Assembly (NCBI GenBank): GCA_965261595.1
Contig: CBDHDG010000007.1
Coordinates: 544,001-608,000 of the forward strand
DNA: 64,000 nucleotides
From: a bacterium
GTDB lineage: Bacteria > UBA8248 > JACPRG01 > G963555815
Direction: 5' to 3'
Part shown: piece by piece, positions 41,053-50,956 of the stretch
Position numbering within the stretch: position 1 is the stretch's first letter
Layout of the letters: each line of letters begins with the position of its first letter
Program-made: the position numbers and the translations under genes
The notes under the pieces: model-generated
The model's input: the letters and a program-made list of their open reading frames with translations, nothing else
The model's database searches: none
Told to the model about the DNA's origin: nothing

Positions 41053-41292
41053 GGAAAAACTCCGATTGGAGAAGATTCACGCCCGGACCGGGCGGTCCAT
41101 CACCGGCGGCGTCCGGCTTCAGTTCCATTCTGGACTCTACACCACGCACTCTGTTATTCCAAGATGAGCGGCCACGGAGGGGGGAACCTGGATTTCTCAC
41201 AAGTAAGGACGGTTCAGCGGTTTTCATTCGAGAAATTCTTTGAAGATCAACCGATTGGCGGAGAGATGGAAACCGAGGCGAGTGTAACACCC

Positions 41293-42696
41293 TCCCCCGC
41301 TCTAGGGTTTTGTTGGACACTCGATTGATCCATGATTCATGGAGAAAGGGGTGTCGTGATGAACGAACAAAAGCAAGAGGGGGCTTTGGCGGAGGGCGCC
41401 CGTAGGGCGAACGGAGCCAAGGCCCCAGGGCATCGCAGTGAGCGGGGTCGGTTCTCCTGCCAGCGCAAGCGGGAGGCGGTCCTGCGTCTTTTGCGGGGCG
41501 AGAGCCTGGAGACGCTCTGCCGCGAGTTGGGCACGACAGCGGCTCGGCTTTCCGCCTGGCGCGAGGCGTTCCTTCGCGGGGGCGAGGCGGCGCTCAAAGC
41601 CCGCCCGGCGGATGAGCGGGACGAGGAGAACGCCCGGCTAAAGGCCAAGGTGGGCGAACTCACGATGGAGGGCGAGGTCCTGCGGGAGAAGATCGACCGC
41701 CTGGAGGCCGGCCGCCCTTTAGCCGGCAGGAGGTGGAGGCGATGAGTCAGGCCCGCTTCACCTCCACGGGCAGAGCCTACGGCCTGAAGCGGGTGTGCGC
41801 CCTTTGGGGCTTGGCGCGCTCCACGGTCTACGCGCAACGGCGGCGAGAGGCGGTCCCCGTTCATGAACGCCCCACGCCCAATAAGCGCGGCCCTGTGGGC
41901 CCGTGCACCGATGCGGAACTCCTCGGCCACATCCGGCAGGTCCTGGAGGACTCTCCCTTCCATGGCGAGGGCTACCGCAAGGTGTGGGCGAGGCTGCGCT
42001 TCGCGGGCATCCGCACCAGCAAGGAGCGGGTGCGTCGCCTGATGCGGGAGGCGGGGCTTCAGGCCCCCCACCGGGTGGGCAAACCCCGAGGTCCCAAGGC
42101 CCACAACGGGACCATCCGCACCGAGCGGCCCGACCGAATGTGGGGCACGGACATGACGACGACGGTGACCACCGAGGAGGGGATGGCCTCGGTGTTCGTG
42201 GCGGTGGATCACTGCTCGGTGGACTGCGTGGGGATCCATGCGGCCAAGAGCGGCAACCGCTTCGAGGCCCTGGAGCCGATCCGGCAGGGGGTCGCCGAGC
42301 GCTTCGCCGGCTTGGAGGCGGACGTCGCCGAGGGGCTTAAAGTTCGTCACGACCACGGCCCCGCCTATCTGTCCGATGACTTTCAGCGGGAGATCGCCTA
42401 CCTGGGCATGACCAGTTCGCCCAGCTTCGTGCGGGCGCCCGAGGGAAATGGCTACTGTGAGTGGTTTATCCGCATCTTGAAGGAGAATCTCCTGTGGGTG
42501 CGCTCTTTCGCCACCGTAGAGGAACTGCGGTGGGCGCTGCTTGAGTTCAAGAACCTGTACAACCATCATTGGATTCTCGAGGGCTACGGCTACCGAACGC
42601 CGGCCCAGGCAAGGCAGGAAAAACTCGCTCAAGTTGCGGAGGCCGCATGAGGTCGAATACCCTCACCCGAGTGTCCAATAACCCAGGGGCGGTCCA
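41293..42696 (+). mobile_element. IS3-family insertion sequence, copy 4 (orfA 41359-41745, orfB 41733-42650)
   Basis: Near-identical, 1404 bp; TSD ACCC (41289-41292/42697-42700). Confidence 0.92.
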
Positions 42697-42710
42697 ACCC
42701 TGTCCTTGAG

Positions 42711-42795
42711 AGGGGCGGGTACAGAGCCCCGCCCCTACATCGGTTTTGATGGTAGGGGCTCTGAAATGTAGGGGCGGGGCTCTGTATCCGCCCCG
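42711..42795. repeat. Inverted pair of GTAG-type REP-like hairpins (REPIN-like)
   Basis: GGGGCGGGTACAGAGCCCCGCCCCTACA ... TGTAGGGGCGGGGCTCTGTATCCGCCCC. Confidence 0.8.
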
Positions 42796-42907
42796 ATGCG
42801 TTGGCCAACAATCCACTGGCCGATCATACACGGGCCTGTAACAGAATCGTTGTGAGATATTCAGGCGAGGGCCGCGCCCGGAGAAGGTGGGAGGGAGATC
42901 GCCAAGC

Positions 42908-43714
42908 ATGACTGGAAAGACGAAGCGGCTCGCCGGCCGGTCGGCCATCGTGACGGGGGCCGGAAGGGGGATCGGCCGCGTCCTGGCTTCGACGCTGGCC
43001 GATGAGGGCGCCCGCGTGGCCGTGTCCGGCAGGAACATCGAAAACCTGGAAGCCGTCGCGGCCGAGATCCGCTCGGCGGGCGGCGAGGCCGCCGCCATCG
43101 CGTGCGACGTGACCCGCCGGGACCAGGCCGAACGCCTCGCGGAAAAAACCCTGGAAACTTACGGAGGCATCGACCTCCTCGTCAACAACGCGGGAATCCC
43201 GAGCCCGGTGGGCCTGCTCGTGGACGTGGAGGAGGCCGATTGGGAGGCCGTCATGGAGACCAACGTCAAAGGCGTGTTCCTCGTAACCCATGCGGTCCTG
43301 CCCACCATGATGGAAAAGAAGTCGGGGCACATCGTCACGGTCTCATCCATGGCCGGGACGCGCCAAAGCCGGAACGCGGCGACCATCCCCTACAGCGTCT
43401 CCAAGTGGGCGGTCGAAGGCTTCACGCACACCATGGCGATGCAGATGAAGGATTACGGGATTCGCTTCAACAACATCATCCCCGGTCCCACGATGAACGA
43501 TTTCCAGAAGGGCCGCTCCACGGTCGAGCGCCTCCTGAGCTTTCCGGGAGGGATGCGGCGGAACGAGTGGGTCGCGGATTCTTTCCGCTGCCTGGTCTGC
43601 GAATCGGGAGCCCTCACCGGCGGCCACGTCTCCGCCCCGGAATGGGACGCCGAGAACGGCATCGAGCGGGAACCGATCTCCGAAGCGAAAATCCGCGCGT
43701 TTTTGGAGGGTTGA
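42908..43714 (+). CDS. SDR family NAD(P)-dependent oxidoreductase
   Basis: TGAGRGIG, NNAG, YSVSK motifs. Confidence 0.93.
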   Translation: MTGKTKRLAGRSAIVTGAGRGIGRVLASTLADEGARVAVSGRNIENLEAVAAEIRSAGGEAAAIACDVTRRDQAERLAEKTLETYGGIDLLVNNAGIPSPVGLLVDVEEADWEAVMETNVKGVFLVTHAVLPTMMEKKSGHIVTVSSMAGTRQSRNAATIPYSVSKWAVEGFTHTMAMQMKDYGIRFNNIIPGPTMNDFQKGRSTVERLLSFPGGMRRNEWVADSFRCLVCESGALTGGHVSAPEWDAENGIEREPISEAKIRAFLEG

Positions 43715-43728
43715 ATTCAACCTCACAA

Positions 43729-44071
43729 TCCCAGGGGTTGGGAACCCCCGTCGAAAACTTTCATTTCTGCGAAAGAGGGCGGCCCTTTGGGCCGCCCTCT
43801 TTCGCAGAACATCAGAATGGACGAGGATAGAGCGCTCTTTAATTATAGGAACCGCTCTTAGCCCGGTTGGTTTTTCGTTCCGTCCCATTCCCCTTGCTAC
43901 TCTGTCTGAAATTCAGTCACCTCGTATGCGTACGAGATCACCGAATAGCCGCGCCTAGGAGACGTGCGATGTTCAATTTCACCTCCAAGCGCGGGAAAGG
44001 CCGGGCAAAGCCCGGCCGCAAAAAGTTTTCGTGAGGGGTCTGGGGGGACAGTTTTCAAAATGTCCCCCCAG
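43729..44071. repeat. Hairpin-repeat family pair in inverted arrangement between convergent genes
   Basis: GCGAAAGAGGGCGGCCC..GGGCCGCCCTCTTTCGC (43769-43805) and CTGGGGGGACAGTTTTCAAAATGTCCCCCCAG (44040-44071); homologous to 62056-62340. Confidence 0.8.
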
Positions 44072-44963
44072 TCTAATCAGCTTCTGGAGTATTTGTAAGA
44101 AAACTTAACTGACCAGCCCGCGCCGCTTGAGCTCATCGACGGCTTCATCCATCCGGTCGGCCGATTCGGCGTCCAGGGACCATTGGATCAACTCGCGCAT
44201 CCCGTCCTCGAAGCTGACCTTCGGCTCGAACCCCAGCGTCTCGCGCGCCCGCGTGATGTCGGCGAAACAGTGCCGCACGTCCCCTTTTCGGAAAGTCCGG
44301 GTGACCTCAGGGGCGATGCCCGCTTCGAGCAGCTCGCCCAGGGTCTCGGCGATGGCGGCGATGCCCCGGGGATCGCCCGTGCCGATGTTGAAGCTGGAAG
44401 GGCCGTCCAGGTCCCGCTCCAAGGCCAGCATGTTCGCCTGAACCACATCGTGGACGGAAACAAAGTCGCGCGTCTGGAGGCCGTCCTCGTAAACGATAAG
44501 AGGATGTCCGTTCTTCAGGCGGCTCAGGAAAATGGCGGCGACGCTCGTATAGGGGTTGCTCAAGGACTGGCGCGGACCGTAGGCGTTGAAGTAGCGAAGC
44601 CCGACGGCCTGAATGTCGTAAGTCGAACCGAAATTCAGGACGAGGTCCTCCTGGACCCCCTTGGTGATGGCATAGACGGAGTTCGGATGATAGGCCGCCG
44701 TCTCGTCCGTGGGGACCGGGGTCAAAGCGGACCCGCACGCGGGACAGAAGAGCTCCCACTCCAGCCGGGCCATCTGCTCCGAGGTCCGCAGCGGGGGACG
44801 GACCACGCCGTGGGTCTCGCACCGGTAGCACCCCTCGCCGTAGCTGCTCATGGACGCGGCCACGATGAGCTTTTGGACGCGGTGATCTTCGTTGGCCAGA
44901 ATGTCCAGAAGGTTCGCAGTCCCGCCGATATTCACGTCCACGTAATGCTTGATCTCATATTGA

Positions 44964-47267
44964 CCCGCATTTCCCATATGGATGATAATTTTTAACGCCC
45001 CGAAGGCCGTTTTCTCGTGTAAAATCAAGGTGTTGGCCTCTCCCTGCCATCATCTTGCGAGGGGACCCGATGGGTGAAGCGAAAAAGAGGCCGTTGAGGC
45101 TCCAATTCGACGGTCGGCTCAGGCTGGAGTTTCACGGAGCAAAGGTTACGAGTAACGCCGGTTTGCTTGCCTATCGTGAACTGGATGAGGTGTTGGGGCT
45201 GACGAAGGCGGCCGATGGGTTTCTGTCCGATTCACGGACGGGCGGGAACACCCGGCACAGCCTCACCGCTTTGGTGCGCCAGTCGGTCTACAGCCGCCTG
45301 GCAGGATATAAAGACACCAATGATGCCGAGCGGCTCTGTGTCGATCCCGCCATGCGTCAGGTGGTTGGGGGGCGAGCGAAGTATCACACCGCTGCCTCCA
45401 CCAGCCAGATGAGCCGATTCGAGACGCAGACCCTCACCCGGCCCCTTAACCCCTCAAGGCGCTGAGCGGTCTGCCCGGTGTGTTGGTGGATCGTGTCCGC
45501 AAACGCAAGCCGATTCGCAAGCTGATCCTGGACATGGACAGTTCGGTCAGCCCGACCCACGGTGAGCAGGAAGGCTCTTCCTACAACGGCCACTTCGGCT
45601 GCACCTGCTATCACCCACTGTTTTGCTTCAACCAGTTTGGCGATCTGGAGCGGGCGCTGTTGCGCAACGGCAAGGTCCACAGCGCTGATGACTGGTGGTC
45701 TGTATTGGAGCCGGTGGTAGCTCGCTACCGGGATGCGAAGGTCTGTCGGTTTTTTCGAGGCGACGCGGCATTTGCCAAGCCGGAGGTGTACCGATACCTT
45801 GAGGCGGAGGGCTACTCCTATGCGATTCGGCTTCCGGCCAACGCCATCTTGTACAGGGACATCGAATGCCTTCTGACCCGGCCGGTTGGCCGACCGCCCA
45901 AAAGGCCCATTATCTTCTACCACAGCGTCTCCTATCAGGCGGCTAGTTGGGAGAAGCCTCGCCGGGTGGTGGTGGCGGTCGAGTGGCACCAGGGCGAGTT
46001 GTTTCCAAGAGTCAGCTTCATCGTGACCAACCTGCACTGGCGGGAAGAGAACGTCGTGAGGTTCTACAACCAGCGTGGGACGGCGGAGCAGTGGATCAAG
46101 GAGGGCAAGTACGCCCTGAACTGGACGCGCCTGTCCTGCCACGGCTTTGAAGAGAACCAGGTCCGCTTGCAACTATTTGCCTTGGCGTACAACCTGGCAA
46201 ACTTCCTGCGGCGGCTGGCGTTGCCCAGAGCGGTGAAGCACTGGTCGCTGACGACGTTACGCGAGAAGCTGATTAAGATTGGGGCCAAGGTGGTCACCCA
46301 CGCCCGGTACACCACCTTCCAGATGGCCGAGGTGGCCGTGCCGCGTCAACTGTTCAGGGCAATCCTTGAACGAATTCGACGGTTGTGGTTACCGCCTCCC
46401 GTACCAGATACCGGATGACGGAGCAGATGGCCCGGAAGCTTAGTGACGTGGTGGAGACGGGGGATCAGTCTGCGCCGAACTCCCCTGAGTGTGCCGGTAG
46501 AGCTGGGTTTTCAAGGGATTGCGGCTTTAGGACGGCCGTTGCCCCTCGATTGAGCAGAGGGTTCTGCAAAGAGACCCTGAATCTGTAGTAAAATGGGGTA
46601 CTTTGATGACACAGGAGGACCGCAGGATGGCTAAGAGTGGTCATCTGGGAAATCCCGGTTTAAATCAAGACAACTCTTGTATTGACCACCCGTTGCTCTT
46701 TAACTCAATTAGAGCCCTCTTTACCGGGGCTGTCAACACCATTTCGGGCGCCTGAAACCCTGATCGGAGCGGTATCCGCCATTGGAAAACCATGTCAGCG
46801 CCGGCGTGTAAACGGGCTTGACCACCAGGTTTGGAGTCTTCGTCATTTTGCCCTTGTGTGGACTCCGCTTAGGGTCGCTAGACAGGCACCGGGCATCATC
46901 GCTTGATTCTCTCCAAGATAAGGGCAAATGTCTTCCTGGATACACCGACCTCGGCCAACTGGAAGGTGATGTGGCGGGCGTACCGCACGAGCCGGCCGCC
47001 CATTTTGAGGAGCTTAAGCTGAAGGCCGCGTAACGACCAGTGCTTGATCCCTCTCGGCAGGCCAGCAATCCCGCATCCGAAGTCATTCTGGTTCCGTGAA
47101 ACTCAAGCCTCAGCCGACGCTCAAAACGGACCTTCAACGCCCACTTTTTCGCTTCACCCATTGGATTACCCCGCGAGAGGATGGCTCGGGGAGGCTCATG
47201 CATTGATTTTACTCCAGAAAATGTCCTCCGGTCCGACAAAAGTTATGATCCATATGGGATATCTGGG
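44964..47267 (+). mobile_element. Composite IS1380 unit, copy 2 (2304 bp): full IS1380 44964-46658 plus inverted mini-IS1380 46659-47267
   Basis: 5-bp TSD ATTGA (44959-44963/47268-47272) flanks the whole unit; internal IRR CATCTGGGAAATCCCGG at 46642-46658. Confidence 0.92.
45070..46418 (+). pseudogene. IS1380-family transposase with -1 frameshift near 45450
   Basis: ORFs 45070-45465 and 45480-46418 together form one DDE_Tnp_1_4-type protein. Confidence 0.9.
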
Positions 47268-47651
47268 ATTGAGACTGTCCGACCCCCACGGCGGCCGCCT
47301 TATGAAAGACCGCCTCGATCCCCCCCCCCGGAGGGCTTGCGCCAGGGCGTCCCGGTCGCGGATGTCGCCCCGGATGAACTCCGCCTCGGCGTTCAGGTAA
47401 TCGGGCGGCCCCCCGGACGTGTGGACCTGTTCGGTCAGGTTGTCGAAAATCCGGACCTTGTGCCCGCGGCGAACCAGCTCATCGACGATGAAAGAGCCGA
47501 TGAACCCCGCGCCGCCAGTGACCAGGATGTGCATGTCCCTATTCCTAACATGAATGCCGAATGAAGGGCGCGTGAAACCGGCCAAGAGTATAAAGAAACC
47601 GCCAAGCGGTCGGTAAGCGGGCCGTTCGCTCAAGGGAGAATCCGGCCGGCC

Positions 47652-48302
47652 TTACGGCTTCAGGAGCTTCCGCAGCTTTCGCTCCACCTCATCGGACTCG
47701 CCCGGATCGCCCGATCCGGCAGACATCTTTCGCTGAATCCATCGCGACAGGACCGACAAGACGTCCCCGCTTTTCTTCTTCCGAACCTCTCGCAGCTCTT
47801 TCGTGAGGCGATTGTCCAGGACGCCGTGCTGTTTTGTGGGAAACACCGAGGCGAGCGTCTGGGTCGCGACATCGAAGAAGGGCGCAAGCACGGAATCTTT
47901 GAGGAGCCCGCCTTGGGCGGTGGATTTGGACAAGATGGGAATCAAGAGCAGGAGGACGGAAACGAGAACCACGCCCTTGCCGAATCCGAAAACAGCGCCC
48001 AGGGATCGGTTGACGAAGGAAAGCTTCACTTTCTTGGCCGCCGCGTGGACCATCCGGCCCAAGGCCCCGACCAACAAACAGATCGTCACGAACACGGCGA
48101 TAAAGCTGATGATCCCCGCCAGCCGCTCGTCCGTGACCGCCCATTCGAGGTAGGGGGCGCCGTAACCGTAGGTCCGGCTCGCCGCCAGGTAGCCCGTAAT
48201 GAGGGCCAGAAATGAGAAAACCTCCCGGACCGCACCCCGGACAAAACTGCGGAGCACGGCGAGACCGACAATCGCGATTATGCAGTAGTCCAGCCAAGTC
48301 AT
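47652..48302 (-). CDS. cvpA: CvpA family (colicin V production) membrane protein
   Basis: MTWLD..I....RG..RE..S, NRSLGAVFGFGKG, S.LAP motifs. Confidence 0.88.
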   Translation of the reverse strand: MTWLDYCIIAIVGLAVLRSFVRGAVREVFSFLALITGYLAASRTYGYGAPYLEWAVTDERLAGIISFIAVFVTICLLVGALGRMVHAAAKKVKLSFVNRSLGAVFGFGKGVVLVSVLLLLIPILSKSTAQGGLLKDSVLAPFFDVATQTLASVFPTKQHGVLDNRLTKELREVRKKKSGDVLSVLSRWIQRKMSAGSGDPGESDEVERKLRKLLKP

Positions 48303-48335
48303 GCTTGAGTCACCCGGACGAACCCCGCTCGATCA

Positions 48336-49385
48336 TCAGATTCCGAAAGCGGTGATTCGATCACTTCCCGAATTTTTGGACTGGTACATGGCCTCGTCCG
48401 CCAGGCTGACCATCTGCCGCGCGTCGAATTCCGGTTTGAATTCCACCAGCCCGATGCCCAGCGTCGCTTCGCCCTCGTCCCGAAGAGCGTCCAGGATGCG
48501 CCGGACGATAGATTCGGCCTGCTTCAGACCCGCTTCCGGCAGGATGATGGTGAATTCATCGCCGCCGTAGCGAAACCCTTTATCCACATTGCTTCGAATT
48601 TTCTCTTTGATGAGGCCCCCGATGCGCCGGAGAATCCCGTCCCCGGCCAGATGGCCGTGGCGGTCGTTGAATGACTTGAAGCCGTCCGTGTCGAAGAGCA
48701 CCATGGAGAGCGGGTGATTTTGGCGCCGCGCCCGATCAATCTCGGATCCGAGAACGGTGAAGAAGTGGCGGTGGTTGTAGAGGCCCGTCACGTTATCCGT
48801 GATGGAGAGCTCTTCGAGGGTCCGGTTTTTCTCTTCGAGCTCCGCCGTGACTTCCTTGACCCGTTGCTCCAACTCCCGGTAGAAGCTGTCCTCCCTGCGC
48901 CTCACCTGTTGCTCCAACTCCCGGTAGAAGCTGTCCTCCCTGCGCCTCACCTGTTGCTCGCGAATGGACAGCGCGGCGGCCGCGAACAACTGGTCCGCAT
49001 TGAACGGCTTCAGCAGAAAGTAGTTGACCCGGCCTTCACGAAAGGCCTTGATGATCTGTTCCTGGGAGTCGTCGCCGGTGAACACGATGGACGCGACGTA
49101 GGGGTCCTCCGTGTTGATCCGGCGAAGAAGCTCGATGCCGTCAATGCCCTGCATCATGAGATCCGCAAGGACGATGTCGAACCGCTCCCGTTCAAAGATG
49201 TCGAGGGCCTCTTCGCTGCTCGTGGCCATGACGGTTTCATAACCGTCCATCTCGAGCATCTCACGGATAAGGAGGGCTTCCTCTTCCTCATCATCCACGA
49301 TCAACGCCCTGGCCGCATCTTCCATTTCGGGTTTGCGTCCCTGGTTTTCTTGTGTGAGTAAAATCGAATCCGAATGAGAATTCAT
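48336..49385 (-). CDS. Response regulator diguanylate cyclase (REC-coiled coil-GGDEF); start uncertain (49385 or 49325)
   Basis: LIVDDE..DLMM..KPF receiver, TDNVTGLYN, RYGGDEF, ADEAMYQSK. Confidence 0.92.
   Translation of the reverse strand: MNSHSDSILLTQENQGRKPEMEDAARALIVDDEEEEALLIREMLEMDGYETVMATSSEEALDIFERERFDIVLADLMMQGIDGIELLRRINTEDPYVASIVFTGDDSQEQIIKAFREGRVNYFLLKPFNADQLFAAAALSIREQQVRRREDSFYRELEQQVRRREDSFYRELEQRVKEVTAELEEKNRTLEELSITDNVTGLYNHRHFFTVLGSEIDRARRQNHPLSMVLFDTDGFKSFNDRHGHLAGDGILRRIGGLIKEKIRSNVDKGFRYGGDEFTIILPEAGLKQAESIVRRILDALRDEGEATLGIGLVEFKPEFDARQMVSLADEAMYQSKNSGSDRITAFGI
48863..48959. repeat. Perfect 45-bp tandem duplication inside the DGC linker
   Basis: GTTGCTCCAACTCCCGGTAGAAGCTGTCCTCCCTGCGCCTCACCT x2 plus 7 bp. 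Confidence 0.95.
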
Positions 49386-49417
49386 ATCACTCCACTTACC
49401 ACACGAGATTCCGCCGT

Positions 49418-49924
49418 TCAACCGGATTCGGGGCTGTCCCGATCCTCGGAACCGAATAAGACCCACATCACAAGGGCGTCTTCTTTGTTATCCGGGTAAT
49501 ACCCCTTGCGGGTCGCGGCGGCGGCGAAACCGAATTTCGAGTAGAGCCCCGTTGCGGCTTCATTGGAGACCCGAACCTCCAGGGTTGCGCTGCAAGCGCC
49601 CTGAAACTTTGCCCGCTTAATGAGAGACAGCAAAAGTTGTTCCCCAACACCGCGACGCCGGTGATCGTTCCGGATGGCGAAGTTGGTGATGTGAGCCTCG
49701 TCTACAATCAACAAATAACAAGCATAGCCCGCCACCGCTCCCGGTTTGTCTTCCGGCTCGGCGACCAGGAGGTGCGAGATTCCCGGAAAATTGAGCTCGC
49801 TCCGGAAGTTTGCAGCGCTCCAGGGAACCGGAAAGGCTTCGACCTCGATGGCCAGAACGGCGTCGAGGTCCGCTTCCCGCATTTCACGTATCCGGACGGG
49901 CATTTTCGGCCTGTTGGATGACAT
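49418..49924 (-). CDS. rimI: Ribosomal protein S18-alanine N-acetyltransferase
   Basis: IE..AFP.PWS, DEAHITN.A, LEVRVSN..A..LY.KFGF, RKGYY..NKEDALVM motifs. Confidence 0.9.
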   Translation of the reverse strand: MSSNRPKMPVRIREMREADLDAVLAIEVEAFPVPWSAANFRSELNFPGISHLLVAEPEDKPGAVAGYACYLLIVDEAHITNFAIRNDHRRRGVGEQLLLSLIKRAKFQGACSATLEVRVSNEAATGLYSKFGFAAAATRKGYYPDNKEDALVMWVLFGSEDRDSPESG

Positions 49925-50124
49925 CGCGGACATTTTTCCGGGTTTCCGGGGTTCGTCGCCCCGGGGCTCGCAAAGGACTCCGGGACCCGCAAAGTTCCAT
50001 TGCTCCGCGACCGACACCCGGATACATTCTATATAGATCATGGTCACGCAATTGCAGTGATCATTGACCCAATGGTATAGTGAAATAGAGATGCCGGTTT
50101 TCCAGGAATTTCCGAGGATTCAGG

Positions 50125-50940
50125 ATGTTTGAAGAGAGTTGGGTTGTCATTCGGGGCGCCGGGGACTTGGCAACGGGCGTGATTCACCGTCTTGTCCGCT
50201 CCGGATTTCCCGTCATCGCGACCGACATTCCTTCTCCCACCGTCATTCGCCGGACCGTGGCCTTTGCCGAGGCCGTTCCCGAAGGCGAATGCACCGTCGA
50301 GGGAATCACGGCCCGCCGGGTGGACGACCTGGAAGAAGCGATGCGCGTCGGCCGGGAGGGGATCGTCTCCGTCCTGGTGGACCCAGGGGCCCAGATCGTG
50401 GAACGGTTGAATCCTTTCGCCGTCGTGGACGCGATCCTGGCCAAGCGGAACATCGGCACCCGCCGGGGAATCGCCGATGTCGTGATCGGCCTGGGGCCGG
50501 GTTTCACCGCGGGCGAAGACGTGGACGCCGTCATCGAGACCAACCGGGGCCACGATCTCGCCCGGGTCATCCTGGAAGGCTCGGCCGAGCCCAACACCGG
50601 CGTGCCGGGCAACGTGGGGGGGAAAAGCGCGGAACGGGTCCTGCGGGCTCCTTGCGCGGGCGTCTTTCAATCCCTCCGGGAGATCGCCGATCCGGTCCGG
50701 TCCGGTGAGACGGTGGCCGAAGTCGAAGGCCAACCGGTCGTGACGGAGATCGACGGGATTCTGCGGGGGCTGCTCCGGGACGGGTTGCCGGTGACCGAAG
50801 GATTCAAAGTGGCCGACGTGGACCCCCGGTGCCGCCGGGAGCACTGTTTCACCATCTCGGATAAGGCCCGGGCGATCGGGGGAGGCGTCCTGGAAGCCCT
50901 GCTCATGCGCCTCTCGATGCAAAATCGCGTCGCCGACTGA
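50125..50940 (+). CDS. yqeB: Selenium-dependent molybdenum hydroxylase system protein, YqeB (EF2563) family
   Basis: IRGAGDLATGV..RL, IRRTVAF, DAILAKRN, GLGPGF, ETNRGH.L, DVDPR, ISDKARAIGGGVLEA motifs. Confidence 0.92.
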   Translation: MFEESWVVIRGAGDLATGVIHRLVRSGFPVIATDIPSPTVIRRTVAFAEAVPEGECTVEGITARRVDDLEEAMRVGREGIVSVLVDPGAQIVERLNPFAVVDAILAKRNIGTRRGIADVVIGLGPGFTAGEDVDAVIETNRGHDLARVILEGSAEPNTGVPGNVGGKSAERVLRAPCAGVFQSLREIADPVRSGETVAEVEGQPVVTEIDGILRGLLRDGLPVTEGFKVADVDPRCRREHCFTISDKARAIGGGVLEALLMRLSMQNRVAD

Positions 50941-50956
50941 TTTTCAGCCCTTCCGA

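Larger units (their letters stand above)
44105..47534 (-). pseudogene. NAD-dependent epimerase/dehydratase interrupted by the composite IS1380 unit
   Basis: N-terminus MHILVTGGAGFIGS (47534 down to 47268), C-terminus with YAITK and LRYFNAYG (44963 down to 44105); removing the insertion and one TSD restores ..VGQSQYEIKHY..; extra frameshift at the C10 run near 47320. Confidence 0.92.

Noticed and set aside
37326..42696. IS3 copies 3 and 4 as an already transposed composite transposon
   Set aside because: Each copy has its own TSD (CTCC, ACCC), indicating independent insertions
47320..47329. C10 tract as a phase-variation switch
   Set aside because: The gene is already IS-inactivated and homopolymer length may be a sequencing error
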